From the NCBI GenBank assembly GCA_965249725.1, contig CBDFMQ010000002.1, positions 384,001-448,000 on the forward strand: a DNA stretch of 64,000 nucleotides. Direction: 5' to 3'. A model generated the notes under the pieces. The model saw only the letters and a list, made by a program, of their open reading frames with translations. It was not told where the DNA came from and made no database searches. This DNA comes from Longimicrobiales bacterium (GTDB lineage Bacteria > Gemmatimonadota > Gemmatimonadetes > Longimicrobiales > Gaopeijiaceae). Positions 9,896 through 18,734 of the stretch are shown here, piece after piece. The position numbers and the translations under genes are program-made. How positions within the stretch are numbered: position 1 is the stretch's first letter; the number at the start of each line of letters is the position of its first letter.

Positions 9896-11590
9896 GTGGA
9901 GGCTGGCCTGAAGAAAGAAGCATCCCCAAGAGCCGAGTTCGGAAGAAGCGAGCTTCTCCGGTGGCTGTATGTGGGTCGCATGACTCTGGCCGCCGGCATC
10001 CTGCTCGGAATTCTCGTGGCATGGGAGTCGGCGCCGCCGCAGGCGAGCCGCACCGCGACGCTCATGTTCCTCGCGGCGTTGGCCGTGACGCTCGGTTCGG
10101 CCTGGCACACCCATTTCCGGGGCCGCTCCGTCGGCTACAACTTCCTCTACACTCATGTGATCCTCGACGTGGCGCTGGTGACGACCATCGTCCACATCAC
10201 CACGGTGGGGGACGAGGTGGTCTTCGCACCGCTCTACATTCTCGTGATCACCGAGGGCGCGCTCCTCCTGCCCCTACCGGGAGGGGTTCTGATCGGTGCG
10301 CTGGCGGCGATCGTCTACTTTGCCGACCTCGTATGGGGCCATCCGGGTGTCCCACTCTCCGGGGCGATCAGTCTCCAGATCGGCCTCTTCGCCGGTGTGG
10401 CGCTCATCACGGGCTGGTTGGGTGATCGGGTCCGCAGAACTGGCATGGCGCTCGGAGCGGTCAGGACCGAGCTGGCCCGCCTGCGCCTCGACAAGGGGGA
10501 CATCCTCGCCAACATCTCGACAGGCGTACTCACCCTGGTCGAAGGGGGCCGCCTAGCCTATCTGAATCCGGCCGCCGAGCAACTTCTAGGGTTTTCGCTG
10601 GAGCAGTGGGAGGGATCGGTCATCCTCGATGCCGTCGACGAGGTGGCTCCGGGCCTGGCCCAGGCTCTCCGAAGCACGGTGGAGCGGCGTCGGCCGGTGG
10701 TCCGCGTCAGAACGCCGGCCAAGCAGGCGGGGGGTCGGGAGACCACACTCGGTATCAGCACCACGGTCCTCGAGGGGCCCGAAGGAGAGGATCCGTCGGT
10801 AACGGCCATCTTCCAGGACATCACCGAACTCGAGCGGGTCGAACTGCTCAACCGCCAGAATGAGCGACTCGAGGCCGTTGCCGAGCTCAGCGCCTCGCTC
10901 GCTCACGAGATCAAGAACCCGCTTGCGTCCATCCGCAGCGCGGTGGAGCAGTTGGACAACGCTGCACTGGCCGGTGACGACCGGGCGCTTCTTCAGCGGC
11001 TGGTCCTTTCCGAATCGGATCGCCTGAGCCGATTGCTCAGTGAGTTCCTAGAGTTCTCGGGAATGCAGATCAATGCCGAGAGGGGAGTGGACTTCGCCCG
11101 CGTCGTGCGAGACGCCGTCGCGCTCGTGAAGCAGCATCCCGACGCCGAGGACGGCGCAACGATCGAGTGCGAGGGTCTCGACGAGCCGCTGACTCTACCC
11201 GGTGACTCCGATCTCCTCCACCGGCTGGTCTTCAACCTCATCTTGAATGCCGTTCAGTTCAGCGGGTCCGGGGGTTGTGTGAGGATCTCGGTGCAGGACT
11301 GCTCGGGCGCCGGAGAGCCTCCTGCTACCGGGGTCACCAATCCGGTTCGCTTGAGCGTCCAGGATTCCGGCCCTGGCATCCGGGCCGAAGACCTCGGGCG
11401 GATCTTCGACCCGTTCTTCACCACTCGGGAGGGGGGGAGTGGCCTGGGCTTGGCGGTGGTCCATCGGGCGGTCAAGGCACACGAAGGTACGCTCTTCGTG
11501 GAGGACACCGCCGACGGTGGAGCCCACTTTCTCGTCTACCTGCCGGGCACGCATAGTGCGCCCGTGCCGATCGGGAGTGCAGCATCATGA
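9896..11590 (+). CDS. pilS: PilS-like multi-TM sensor histidine kinase with PAS domain
   Basis: Several N-terminal TM helices, PAS (LAYLNPAAEQLLG), H-box LAHEIKNPL, N-box NLILNA, DSGPG, FDPFFTT, GSGLGL; immediately upstream of a sigma54 regulator in the pil locus. Confidence 0.85.
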   Translation: MEAGLKKEASPRAEFGRSELLRWLYVGRMTLAAGILLGILVAWESAPPQASRTATLMFLAALAVTLGSAWHTHFRGRSVGYNFLYTHVILDVALVTTIVHITTVGDEVVFAPLYILVITEGALLLPLPGGVLIGALAAIVYFADLVWGHPGVPLSGAISLQIGLFAGVALITGWLGDRVRRTGMALGAVRTELARLRLDKGDILANISTGVLTLVEGGRLAYLNPAAEQLLGFSLEQWEGSVILDAVDEVAPGLAQALRSTVERRRPVVRVRTPAKQAGGRETTLGISTTVLEGPEGEDPSVTAIFQDITELERVELLNRQNERLEAVAELSASLAHEIKNPLASIRSAVEQLDNAALAGDDRALLQRLVLSESDRLSRLLSEFLEFSGMQINAERGVDFARVVRDAVALVKQHPDAEDGATIECEGLDEPLTLPGDSDLLHRLVFNLILNAVQFSGSGGCVRISVQDCSGAGEPPATGVTNPVRLSVQDSGPGIRAEDLGRIFDPFFTTREGGSGLGLAVVHRAVKAHEGTLFVEDTADGGAHFLVYLPGTHSAPVPIGSAAS

Positions 11591-12948
11591 GCAGGGCAAC
11601 CAAGATCCTTTTGGTCGATGACGAGTCCGGCATCCTCGACACTCTACGCATCCTGTTCCGTGGCGAGGGTTACGACGTGGTCTCCGCCCTCAGCGGGCGC
11701 GAGGCCATGGAGGCTCTGCCGGAGCAGGCGCCGGACATCGTACTGACCGATATCCGTATGCCCGGTACGTCGGGACTCGAGGTGATGGCGAAGGCCCGTG
11801 AGATCGATCCTGAGGTAGCGGTCATCCTGATGACGGCACAGGCATCGCTGCAGTCTGCGGTGCGGGCGGTGAACGAAGGGGCCTACTACTACCTGCAGAA
11901 GCCGTTCGCCAACGACGAGCTGCTCGCCATCTGTCGGCGAGCCGCCGAGGCGAGAGAGCTTCGCGTCGAGAACAAGGCTCTCAAGAAGGAGATCCGGAGG
12001 CGTTCCAAAGCACCCAGCGGCAGGCCGGTCGGAATAAGCCGGTCGTTCGTTGAGGTGCTCCAGCTCGGAGAGACGGTGGCCCCGACCGAATCCACGGTCC
12101 TCATCAGTGGTGAGAGTGGGTCCGGTAAGGAGGTGCTCGCCCGGTACATCCACGGTCTGAGTGAGCGGTCCGAGGCGCTCTTTTCCTCGCTGAACTGCGG
12201 AGCGCTTCCCGAGGGCCTGCTAGAGAGCGAGCTGTTCGGGCACACCAAGGGCTCGTTTACGGGAGCCGTGAAGGACAAGGTGGGGCTCCTCGAGGCGGCC
12301 GAGGGAGGAACCCTCTTCCTCGACGAGATCGGTGAGATGTCTCCCGCCACGCAGGTGAGGCTACTGCGCGCCCTCCAGGAGCGGGAAGTCATCCCGGTGG
12401 GATCCACGGAGGCTGTTCCCATCGACGTCAGGATCATGGCTGCGACGCACCGGGACCTCAACGAGGAAATCCGGAAGGGCACGTTCAGAAGCGACCTCTA
12501 TTATCGGCTCAACGTCATCGCCCTTCACCTTCCTCCGCTCAGGGAACGCAGGGAGGACATTCCCCTTCTGGCTCATCACTTCCTCGATGCGATCATGGGT
12601 GAGGATGGTGACAAGATCCTCGGTGAAGAGTCCATGGAGGTCCTGTCCGCATATGACTGGCCGGGCAACGTCCGCGAACTCGAGAACGCCCTCGAGAGGG
12701 CGGCTGTCGTGGCGGAGGGGGCTCCGATCGGGCCCTCGCACCTGCCGGAGAGGGTCCGGCAAGAACACGCGCCTCCTCTGGTGAACGATCAACTGCCCCC
12801 GAACCCGTCCATGGAAGTCATCGAGCGCGCCTACATCCAATGGGTGCTCGTGGCGGAGGGAGGCAACAAGACGAGGGCGGCGGAGGTCCTGGGGATCGAC
12901 CCTTCCACGCTGTATCGCAAACTGAATCGATATGGGATCGAGGTCTAA
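11587..12948 (+). CDS. pilR: PilR-like sigma54-dependent response regulator
   Basis: Receiver (LLVDDE, TDIRMP), [39 protein letters not shown] and a Fis-type HTH; ATGA overlap with pilS. Confidence 0.85.
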   Translation: MSRATKILLVDDESGILDTLRILFRGEGYDVVSALSGREAMEALPEQAPDIVLTDIRMPGTSGLEVMAKAREIDPEVAVILMTAQASLQSAVRAVNEGAYYYLQKPFANDELLAICRRAAEARELRVENKALKKEIRRRSKAPSGRPVGISRSFVEVLQLGETVAPTESTVLISGESGSGKEVLARYIHGLSERSEALFSSLNCGALPEGLLESELFGHTKGSFTGAVKDKVGLLEAAEGGTLFLDEIGEMSPATQVRLLRALQEREVIPVGSTEAVPIDVRIMAATHRDLNEEIRKGTFRSDLYYRLNVIALHLPPLRERREDIPLLAHHFLDAIMGEDGDKILGEESMEVLSAYDWPGNVRELENALERAAVVAEGAPIGPSHLPERVRQEHAPPLVNDQLPPNPSMEVIERAYIQWVLVAEGGNKTRAAEVLGIDPSTLYRKLNRYGIEV

Positions 12949-12955
12949 TGTGAGC

Positions 12956-13816
12956 ATGCTTCAATTCCGCGAGGTCGATGCCAAGCGACACGACGATCTC
13001 GCGTGGGAACACGTGAAACTCTCCGTTGTCATTCCCGCTTACAACGAGATCAAGACGGTAGAGAAGCTGTTGCGGCGTGTGCGGGAGGTTCGACTCGACC
13101 TGGAGGTCATCGTGGTCGACGACGGGTCGACCGACGGTACCCGCGACCTGTTGCAGAAGCTGACCGAGCAGGGGCTCATCGATGTCCTGGTGTTCCAGGA
13201 GGTGAACAAGGGGAAGGGTGCGGCGCTGCGGGCGGGATTCGAGCGGGCGACGGGAGACATCATTGCCATCCAAGATGCCGATCTGGAATACGATCCCGTC
13301 GAGCTCCCCATGCTCATGGAGCCCATTCTGGCCGGGAAGGCCGACGCGGTGTACGGCTCCCGTTTTCTCGGAGGCCCACACCGAGTTCTCTTCTTTTGGC
13401 ACATGATGGGGAATCGGTTCTTGACTCTGCTCAGCAACATGTTCACGGATCTGAACCTCACCGACATGGAGACCTGCTATAAGGTCGTGCACGCGGATCT
13501 CCTGAAGAGGCTCCCATTGAGCGCCGACCGGTTCGGCTTCGAACCCGAGGTGACGGCGCGTCTGGCCCGGTCCCATGCGCGGATCTACGAGATGCCCATC
13601 AGCTACGACGGTCGGTCGTACGCGGAAGGGAAGAAGATCAACTGGAAGGATGGGGTGGCCGCCCTCTATTACATCGTCCGCTCCAATCTGCTGGGGCCCC
13701 GTTTGCAGCCGTGGCAGCCCCCGCAGGTCCAGCCCTGGGAGGGGCGCGCCCTCGCCGAGGGTAAGCACCCCGCTCTCTCGCCAGGCCCGGCCCCAGAGGC
13801 TGACGATCAAGGCTGA
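12956..13816 (+). CDS. GT2 glycosyltransferase, DPM1/Ppm1-like polyprenol-phosphate-sugar synthase
   Basis: [70 protein letters not shown]. Start uncertain (12932, 12956 or 13013). Confidence 0.85.
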   Translation: MLQFREVDAKRHDDLAWEHVKLSVVIPAYNEIKTVEKLLRRVREVRLDLEVIVVDDGSTDGTRDLLQKLTEQGLIDVLVFQEVNKGKGAALRAGFERATGDIIAIQDADLEYDPVELPMLMEPILAGKADAVYGSRFLGGPHRVLFFWHMMGNRFLTLLSNMFTDLNLTDMETCYKVVHADLLKRLPLSADRFGFEPEVTARLARSHARIYEMPISYDGRSYAEGKKINWKDGVAALYYIVRSNLLGPRLQPWQPPQVQPWEGRALAEGKHPALSPGPAPEADDQG

Positions 13817-13834
13817 CGAGGGCACCGCGTTCCC

Positions 13835-15661
13835 GTGATCGAGCCGCTGAGCATACCGCCGACGAGAGCCGCGGTTCTCATCTTCATCGCCGCCGTCGCG
13901 GCCTATGGCAACTCGCTCGGCAACGGCTACGCCTATGACGACGCGACGGTCATTGGTGGCAACCAGATCGTCACGGAGGGAAGGGTGAGGGACGCCCTGG
14001 GCGCTCCCTATTGGCCGGACATGGTGGACGGGATCGGGCTCTATCGGCCCCTAACGTCAGCCAGCTATGCCGCCGAGTGGCCCCTGTGGAACGGCCATCC
14101 CGCAGGCTACCACGCCGTCAATGTAGCCGTCCACGCCGCTGTCTCGATCCTTGTGTTCCTTCTGCTTCTCGGGCTTTCCGGACCGTTGCCCGCTCTCGTG
14201 GGGGGAGGGCTGTTTGCTCTGCATCCTGTGCATACCGAGGCCGTGGCCAATGTCGTAGGACGCGCGGAACTGTACTCTGCCCTCTTCGTGCTGGGGGCCT
14301 GCTTGCTGTTCATGCGAGGGGAAGGCGCGTCCCCGGCCCTCCGAGTCGGACGGCTCCTCGCTATCGGGATGCTCTTCCTGCTCGGTCTCGGATCCAAGGA
14401 AATGGCCGCCACCCTGCCGGCCGTGTTGGTGCTCCTTGCCTTGGCCAAGGAGGATGGTGACGAGAACCCCGTTGGTCGCGTCCTTTCGGATGCTCCGGTC
14501 TTGCTGCTCACCGGGGCTCTGCTCGCCGCGTTCCTGGGCTCTAGGATCCTGGTGCTCGGGTCTGTTTCGGGTGAACACCCCGCGGCGTACTTGGGGGGGC
14601 TGTCGACCGGACAGAGAATTCTCACGTCGCTGTCCGTCTGGCCCCACTACTTCCGGCTCCTGGTCTTCCCGCTCGATCTCTCGGCCGACTACGGTCCTGC
14701 CGTCTTGTTCCCGGCACTGACCTGGGGCCCCGATGTAATACTCGGCGTCGTAATGATCGCGGCCGCAGTTGTCGCAGCCCTTTGGCTGTGGCCCCGGGAG
14801 CCACTGGCGACGCTGGGCCTGTTTTGGTTCGGTGTGACGATCCTGCCCGTCACCAACCTCCTCATTCCGACGGGGATCCTCTTGGCGGAACGCACGCTCT
14901 ACCTGCCCTCGGTCGGGTGCGCCTTCATGATCGCCGGCCTGGTACGGTGGACGGCACGCGAAAGGCCGAGGTCGTTGGGCACGCTGCTGATTGTTCTGGC
15001 CGTGGTGGGTACCGGATTCATGACACGCACGGTTCTCCGGAACCCCTCGTGGGCGAGCACCTTCTCCATGTTGAGCACCCTGACCGAAGAGCACCCCGAG
15101 TCCTTCCTCGCCATACGGGCCCGGGCGCGGGGCTTGGACGAAGTCGGAGAAGTCGAGGCAGCGGCTCGCCACTACGAAGTCGCCGTAGAACTCGTCCCCG
15201 GCGAGTACAGCCTGCTCATCGAGGCGGCGCGTTTCCATGGGCGACACGGACGGTGGGCGATGGCAGAGCCGCTGCTCGCCCGAGCCATCGATCTGTTCCC
15301 GGCCCATCCGGTCGCCTGGCAGGTGCTGGCGGAGCAGAAGCTCCGGCAGGGCCTTGGGCGCGAGGGCCACAGCATCGCTCTTCGAGGCCTCTCCGTCGTC
15401 GGGACGAACAGGGATCTCTGGACGCTGGTCTCGGAGAGTTACGTGGCCAAGGGTGACTTCGAGGCGTCCGTTCGTGCGCGGTGGGCCGCGTTCGGTGCGG
15501 ATCCGCCGACCGCGGAGGCCTGGCGGCGCATGGCGCAGCTCATGGAGTTGGCCGAACGCCCGGTGGATGCGGCTGCGGCGTTGGAGCGGGCCCGCACATT
15601 GGAGGTTGGGGCTGCCGGTGCGACTCGCGAGGCCCCCACCGCGCCTGGAGCTCGCCGCTGA
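13835..15661 (+). CDS. TMTC-like GT-C membrane glycosyltransferase with C-terminal TPRs (copy 1)
   Basis: YAYDD after TM1, LYRPLT, HPVHTEAVANVVGRAEL, SKE, LVFPLDLSADY (DUF1736-like), LAERTLYLPSVG, RNPSW, then helical repeats. Confidence 0.85.
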   Translation: MIEPLSIPPTRAAVLIFIAAVAAYGNSLGNGYAYDDATVIGGNQIVTEGRVRDALGAPYWPDMVDGIGLYRPLTSASYAAEWPLWNGHPAGYHAVNVAVHAAVSILVFLLLLGLSGPLPALVGGGLFALHPVHTEAVANVVGRAELYSALFVLGACLLFMRGEGASPALRVGRLLAIGMLFLLGLGSKEMAATLPAVLVLLALAKEDGDENPVGRVLSDAPVLLLTGALLAAFLGSRILVLGSVSGEHPAAYLGGLSTGQRILTSLSVWPHYFRLLVFPLDLSADYGPAVLFPALTWGPDVILGVVMIAAAVVAALWLWPREPLATLGLFWFGVTILPVTNLLIPTGILLAERTLYLPSVGCAFMIAGLVRWTARERPRSLGTLLIVLAVVGTGFMTRTVLRNPSWASTFSMLSTLTEEHPESFLAIRARARGLDEVGEVEAAARHYEVAVELVPGEYSLLIEAARFHGRHGRWAMAEPLLARAIDLFPAHPVAWQVLAEQKLRQGLGREGHSIALRGLSVVGTNRDLWTLVSESYVAKGDFEASVRARWAAFGADPPTAEAWRRMAQLMELAERPVDAAAALERARTLEVGAAGATREAPTAPGARR

Positions 15662-17547
15662 TGCAGCTCTGGCGTTCCCCTTTCCAGCATGTCCGCACTG
15701 CGGCCTTCCTCGCGGCGGCGGTGGCGATACTCCTCTCGGCGAACAGCGTCCTGAATGATTTCGCCTATGACGATCGTCTCATCATCATCGAAAGCGAGTT
15801 GATTCAGGATCTCAGCACGCTGCCGGAGGCGGCCGTCTCACCGTACTGGCCGGGTGAGTTTGGAGAGGCGCTGGGATTGTGGAGGCCCGTTACGACCGGG
15901 CTCTTCGGCCTGCAGTGGGCGCTGTGGGGTGAGAACCCTGCTGCGTTCCATGCGCTGAACGTCCTACTCCACGGAGCCGTCACCGCCTTGGTGGTGCTGC
16001 TTCTCGCCGAACTCGCCCCCCTTGGTCTCGCCTTCGTTGCGGGCCTCTTGTTCGCCGTACACGCCGTCCATGTCGAGGCGGTTGCCAACGTGGTCGGATT
16101 GGCGGAGGTGCTGTCGTCGATCCTCTACCTCGGCGCGTGCCTCATCTTCGTGCGCCGACGGGAGCATCTCGGCCTCTTGCCGGGCGTGGCCATCGCAGGG
16201 CTCTTCGCCGTGGCGTTCTTGACCAAGGAGAGCGCCGTCACGCTACCAGGCGTGCTGTTCCTTTTGGACGGTGCTCGTGAGAATTCGAGCGCAAGGGGTG
16301 CACTCGCCTACCTGCGTCGCCGGTGGGCCATCTACTCCAGCCTTGTCGCTGTGGCCGCAGCCGTCCTCGTCGGACGCCAATGGGTCCTGGGTAGCATCGC
16401 CGACCCCCTGGCTCCCCTCGGCGCTGACCTACTCAGCGGCGCGGTGCCCCGGATCTGGACCGTGGCTTCTACCTGGCCGCACTACTTCCGCCTCCTGTTC
16501 TTCCCGTTGGACCTGAGCGTCGACTATTCCCCAGCAGTCATCCCGATCATGTTGGGGTGGAGTGCGAGTGGAATCTTGGGTGCGGTCCTCGTGCTGGCCA
16601 CGCTGGGTTTGGCGCTCCGGCTCTGGGGGCGCACGGAGATGGGACCCGACGCACATGTGGGTCGGGTCTTCTCGTTCGGAGTCCTCTGGGTGGTCATCAC
16701 GCTCTCTCCGGTCTCCAACGTCTTGTTTCTTTCCGGCGTGCTGCTGGCTGAGCGCACCTTCTACCTGCCTTCGGTCGGATTCGTGGCGGCCCTGGCCTGG
16801 ATGGGTCTGGAGCTGTACAAGGAGCGGCGGCACGTCGCCGTAGGCGCCTTGGTCGTGGTGCTGTCGTTGATGTCGCTCAAGACCTTCACCCGCAATGCCA
16901 CCTGGAGGAACAACGTCAGCGTGTTCGACGCGCTCCTCCGAGAGCACCCCGAGGCCGGGCGAGCTCAGTGGCTGCTCGGCGATGTCCAGTTCCCCATCGA
17001 CCGCAGCGCCTCCTTCCGCGCATACGGGATCGCCATAAGCCTGCTCGACGGCAGCTATCCACTACTGATGGAGGTGGGAAGGCGACTCCAGATCAGCGGA
17101 AGAACCGAGACCGCGAAGACCCTTTTCGAGCGGGCCTGGTCCGACTCGCCCGATCTCGGACCGGCGCCACAGGCTCTGGCCGTCATCTACCACCGGGAGG
17201 GCGACTTCGGGGCTGCGATCGAAGCGGCCAGTGCCGCATCTGCCGCGTACGGCGGGAGTGAGCCCGTTTCGAACCATCTGTGGGCGCACTCCTTGGCCGC
17301 AGAGGGTCGTTGGGCCGAATCGGTGACGGCCCGTTTCTTGACCATCGAATCCGGCGAGGGCCATCAATGGCAGCAATGGCTTTGGTTGGGTCAGGCCTAT
17401 GCCAACTCGGGCGACACGATTGGGGGACTTGCCGCTCTGGACAGCGCCCGAGTCCGCACGCAGCAGCCCACGAGCATCCGCCAAATTGACAGCATTCGAG
17501 CGACCCTCACGGACAGTGAAAATGCGACTGGTTCGCAGAATCCCTGA
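15661..17547 (+). CDS. TMTC-like GT-C membrane glycosyltransferase with C-terminal TPRs (copy 2)
   Basis: FAYDD, LWRPVT, HAVHVEAVANVVGLAEV, TKE, FFPLDLSVDY, LAERTFYLPSVG, RNATW. ATG 15661 overlaps the stop of copy 1 (TGATG). Confidence 0.85.
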   Translation: MQLWRSPFQHVRTAAFLAAAVAILLSANSVLNDFAYDDRLIIIESELIQDLSTLPEAAVSPYWPGEFGEALGLWRPVTTGLFGLQWALWGENPAAFHALNVLLHGAVTALVVLLLAELAPLGLAFVAGLLFAVHAVHVEAVANVVGLAEVLSSILYLGACLIFVRRREHLGLLPGVAIAGLFAVAFLTKESAVTLPGVLFLLDGARENSSARGALAYLRRRWAIYSSLVAVAAAVLVGRQWVLGSIADPLAPLGADLLSGAVPRIWTVASTWPHYFRLLFFPLDLSVDYSPAVIPIMLGWSASGILGAVLVLATLGLALRLWGRTEMGPDAHVGRVFSFGVLWVVITLSPVSNVLFLSGVLLAERTFYLPSVGFVAALAWMGLELYKERRHVAVGALVVVLSLMSLKTFTRNATWRNNVSVFDALLREHPEAGRAQWLLGDVQFPIDRSASFRAYGIAISLLDGSYPLLMEVGRRLQISGRTETAKTLFERAWSDSPDLGPAPQALAVIYHREGDFGAAIEAASAASAAYGGSEPVSNHLWAHSLAAEGRWAESVTARFLTIESGEGHQWQQWLWLGQAYANSGDTIGGLAALDSARVRTQQPTSIRQIDSIRATLTDSENATGSQNP

Positions 17548-17634
17548 CTCAGGGCCCCTGATCCGGGCCCGAATCCGAAGAGGGCAGTACCCCAAGTGGT
17601 TGCTAATAAAGTCCTTACGGGTCTGTACCACGTT

Positions 17635-17651
17635 TTGGACCCGGGCTTGCA
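17635..17651 (+). promoter_or_regulatory. Sigma54 (-24/-12) promoter of the pilin genes
   Basis: TTGGACCCGGGCTTGCA: GG at 17637-38, 10-nt spacer, GC at 17649-50 within TTGCA; about 60 bp upstream of the first pilin. Confidence 0.7.
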
Positions 17652-17712
17652 CTTGGAGAGCATCCTCTGAACGTCCATAAGTCAGAAGTGCCACCCACTA
17701 GCAGGAGAGTTT

Positions 17713-18111
17713 ATGATGCGGGACAACAAAGGTTTCACCCTCATCGAGCTGCTCATCGTGGTCGTGATCATCGGTATCTTGGCGGCTATCGCCATTCCGA
17801 AGTTCTCGGCGACGCGTGAGAAGGCTTATTTCGCGGCCATGAAGTCTGATCTCAAGAATCTGGCCAGTCAGCAGGAGATCTACTACTCCGACACGTACTC
17901 CTACACGTCGACCGTAGCGTCTCTCGGCTTCGTTACGTCTGACGGCGTCACGGTTGTGATCGCGGCTTCGACCGACGGTTGGTCGGCCTCTGGGGTGCAC
18001 GCTGCTCTCGCTGGTACTGAGGGCTGTGCGATCTACTACGGCAGTGGTCCGGCGCCCACGGTGGGTACTGCGACTCCCACTAGCCCCGGCGAGATGGCCT
18101 GCACTCAATAA
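17713..18111 (+). CDS. pilA: Type IVa major pilin
   Basis: Class III signal KG|FTLIELLIVVVIIGILAAIAIP, RBS AGGAGAG, upstream sigma54 promoter, two C-terminal Cys. Confidence 0.85.
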   Translation: MMRDNKGFTLIELLIVVVIIGILAAIAIPKFSATREKAYFAAMKSDLKNLASQQEIYYSDTYSYTSTVASLGFVTSDGVTVVIAASTDGWSASGVHAALAGTEGCAIYYGSGPAPTVGTATPTSPGEMACTQ

Positions 18112-18221
18112 CGCCGGCCAGCGAATACTAGGACGTGAGTTTCACGCCTAGCGAGAGCGTGGTCCGGGCGAGTCCCGGGCCACGCTTTCCGTCGGTTGGG
18201 CCCTTTGATCGGACAGACGAA

Positions 18222-18620
18222 ATGAGACAGACAATGCGGACGAGAGGCTTCACGCTGATCGAGCTCCTCATCGTGGTCGTGATCATCGGAATCCTGGCCA
18301 CAATCGCGATCCCCAAGTTCTCCTCGGTGCGAGAAAAGGCCTTCGTGGCCAGCATGAAGGCGGACCTCAAGAACCTGGCGACGCAGCAGGAGGTCTACCA
18401 CAACGGCAACTTCACCTTCAGCACCTCGTTCTCGAATCTGGGTTACGTCACGAGCAAAGGGGTGACCGTGAGCGTGAACGAGGCCACTGGAGATGGTTGG
18501 GCTGCTACTGCGGTTCACGGCGGCATGCCGGGTTCCCAGTGTGGTGTCTACCACGGGAACGCCACGCCGGCGAATGGTACGCCCGCCACGGCGATCAGCG
18601 TAGTGGGTTGCACTCCGTAG
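18222..18620 (+). CDS. Second type IVa pilin (tandem paralogue)
   Basis: RG|FTLIELLIVVVIIGILATIAIPKF; same architecture and Cys pair as the first pilin. Start 18222 or 18234. Confidence 0.88.
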   Translation: MRQTMRTRGFTLIELLIVVVIIGILATIAIPKFSSVREKAFVASMKADLKNLATQQEVYHNGNFTFSTSFSNLGYVTSKGVTVSVNEATGDGWAATAVHGGMPGSQCGVYHGNATPANGTPATAISVVGCTP

Positions 18621-18734
18621 CATGATCGCTGCTGTTGCAGCGGATCCTCCCGCTCCACACCTTTAAGCTCCGTTCATCCAAGGGCCTGAGCACCCGGCTC
18701 CGGCACCTTGCTCGTTCTGCCTCGGCCGACACCC

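Noticed and set aside
9742..10110. Long N-terminal extension of adenine deaminase in the ORF track (similar extensions for dinB, HIT, TMTC copy 2 and gcvT)
   Set aside because: These come from upstream alternative starts that overlap neighbouring genes or promoters; family similarity begins at the downstream ATGs.
14057..15370. Long antisense or alternate-frame ORFs (also 34992-36104, 39292-40569, 49182-50120)
   Set aside because: They are shadow ORFs expected in high-GC coding DNA, lie opposite well-supported genes and carry no motifs.
17713..18111. First pilin as a Geobacter-type conductive e-pilin (aromatics at 1, 24, 32, 50, 51, 57)
   Set aside because: Position 27 is Thr, only 12 of 125 mature residues are F/Y/W, no cytochrome genes are nearby, and conductivity cannot be inferred from sequence.
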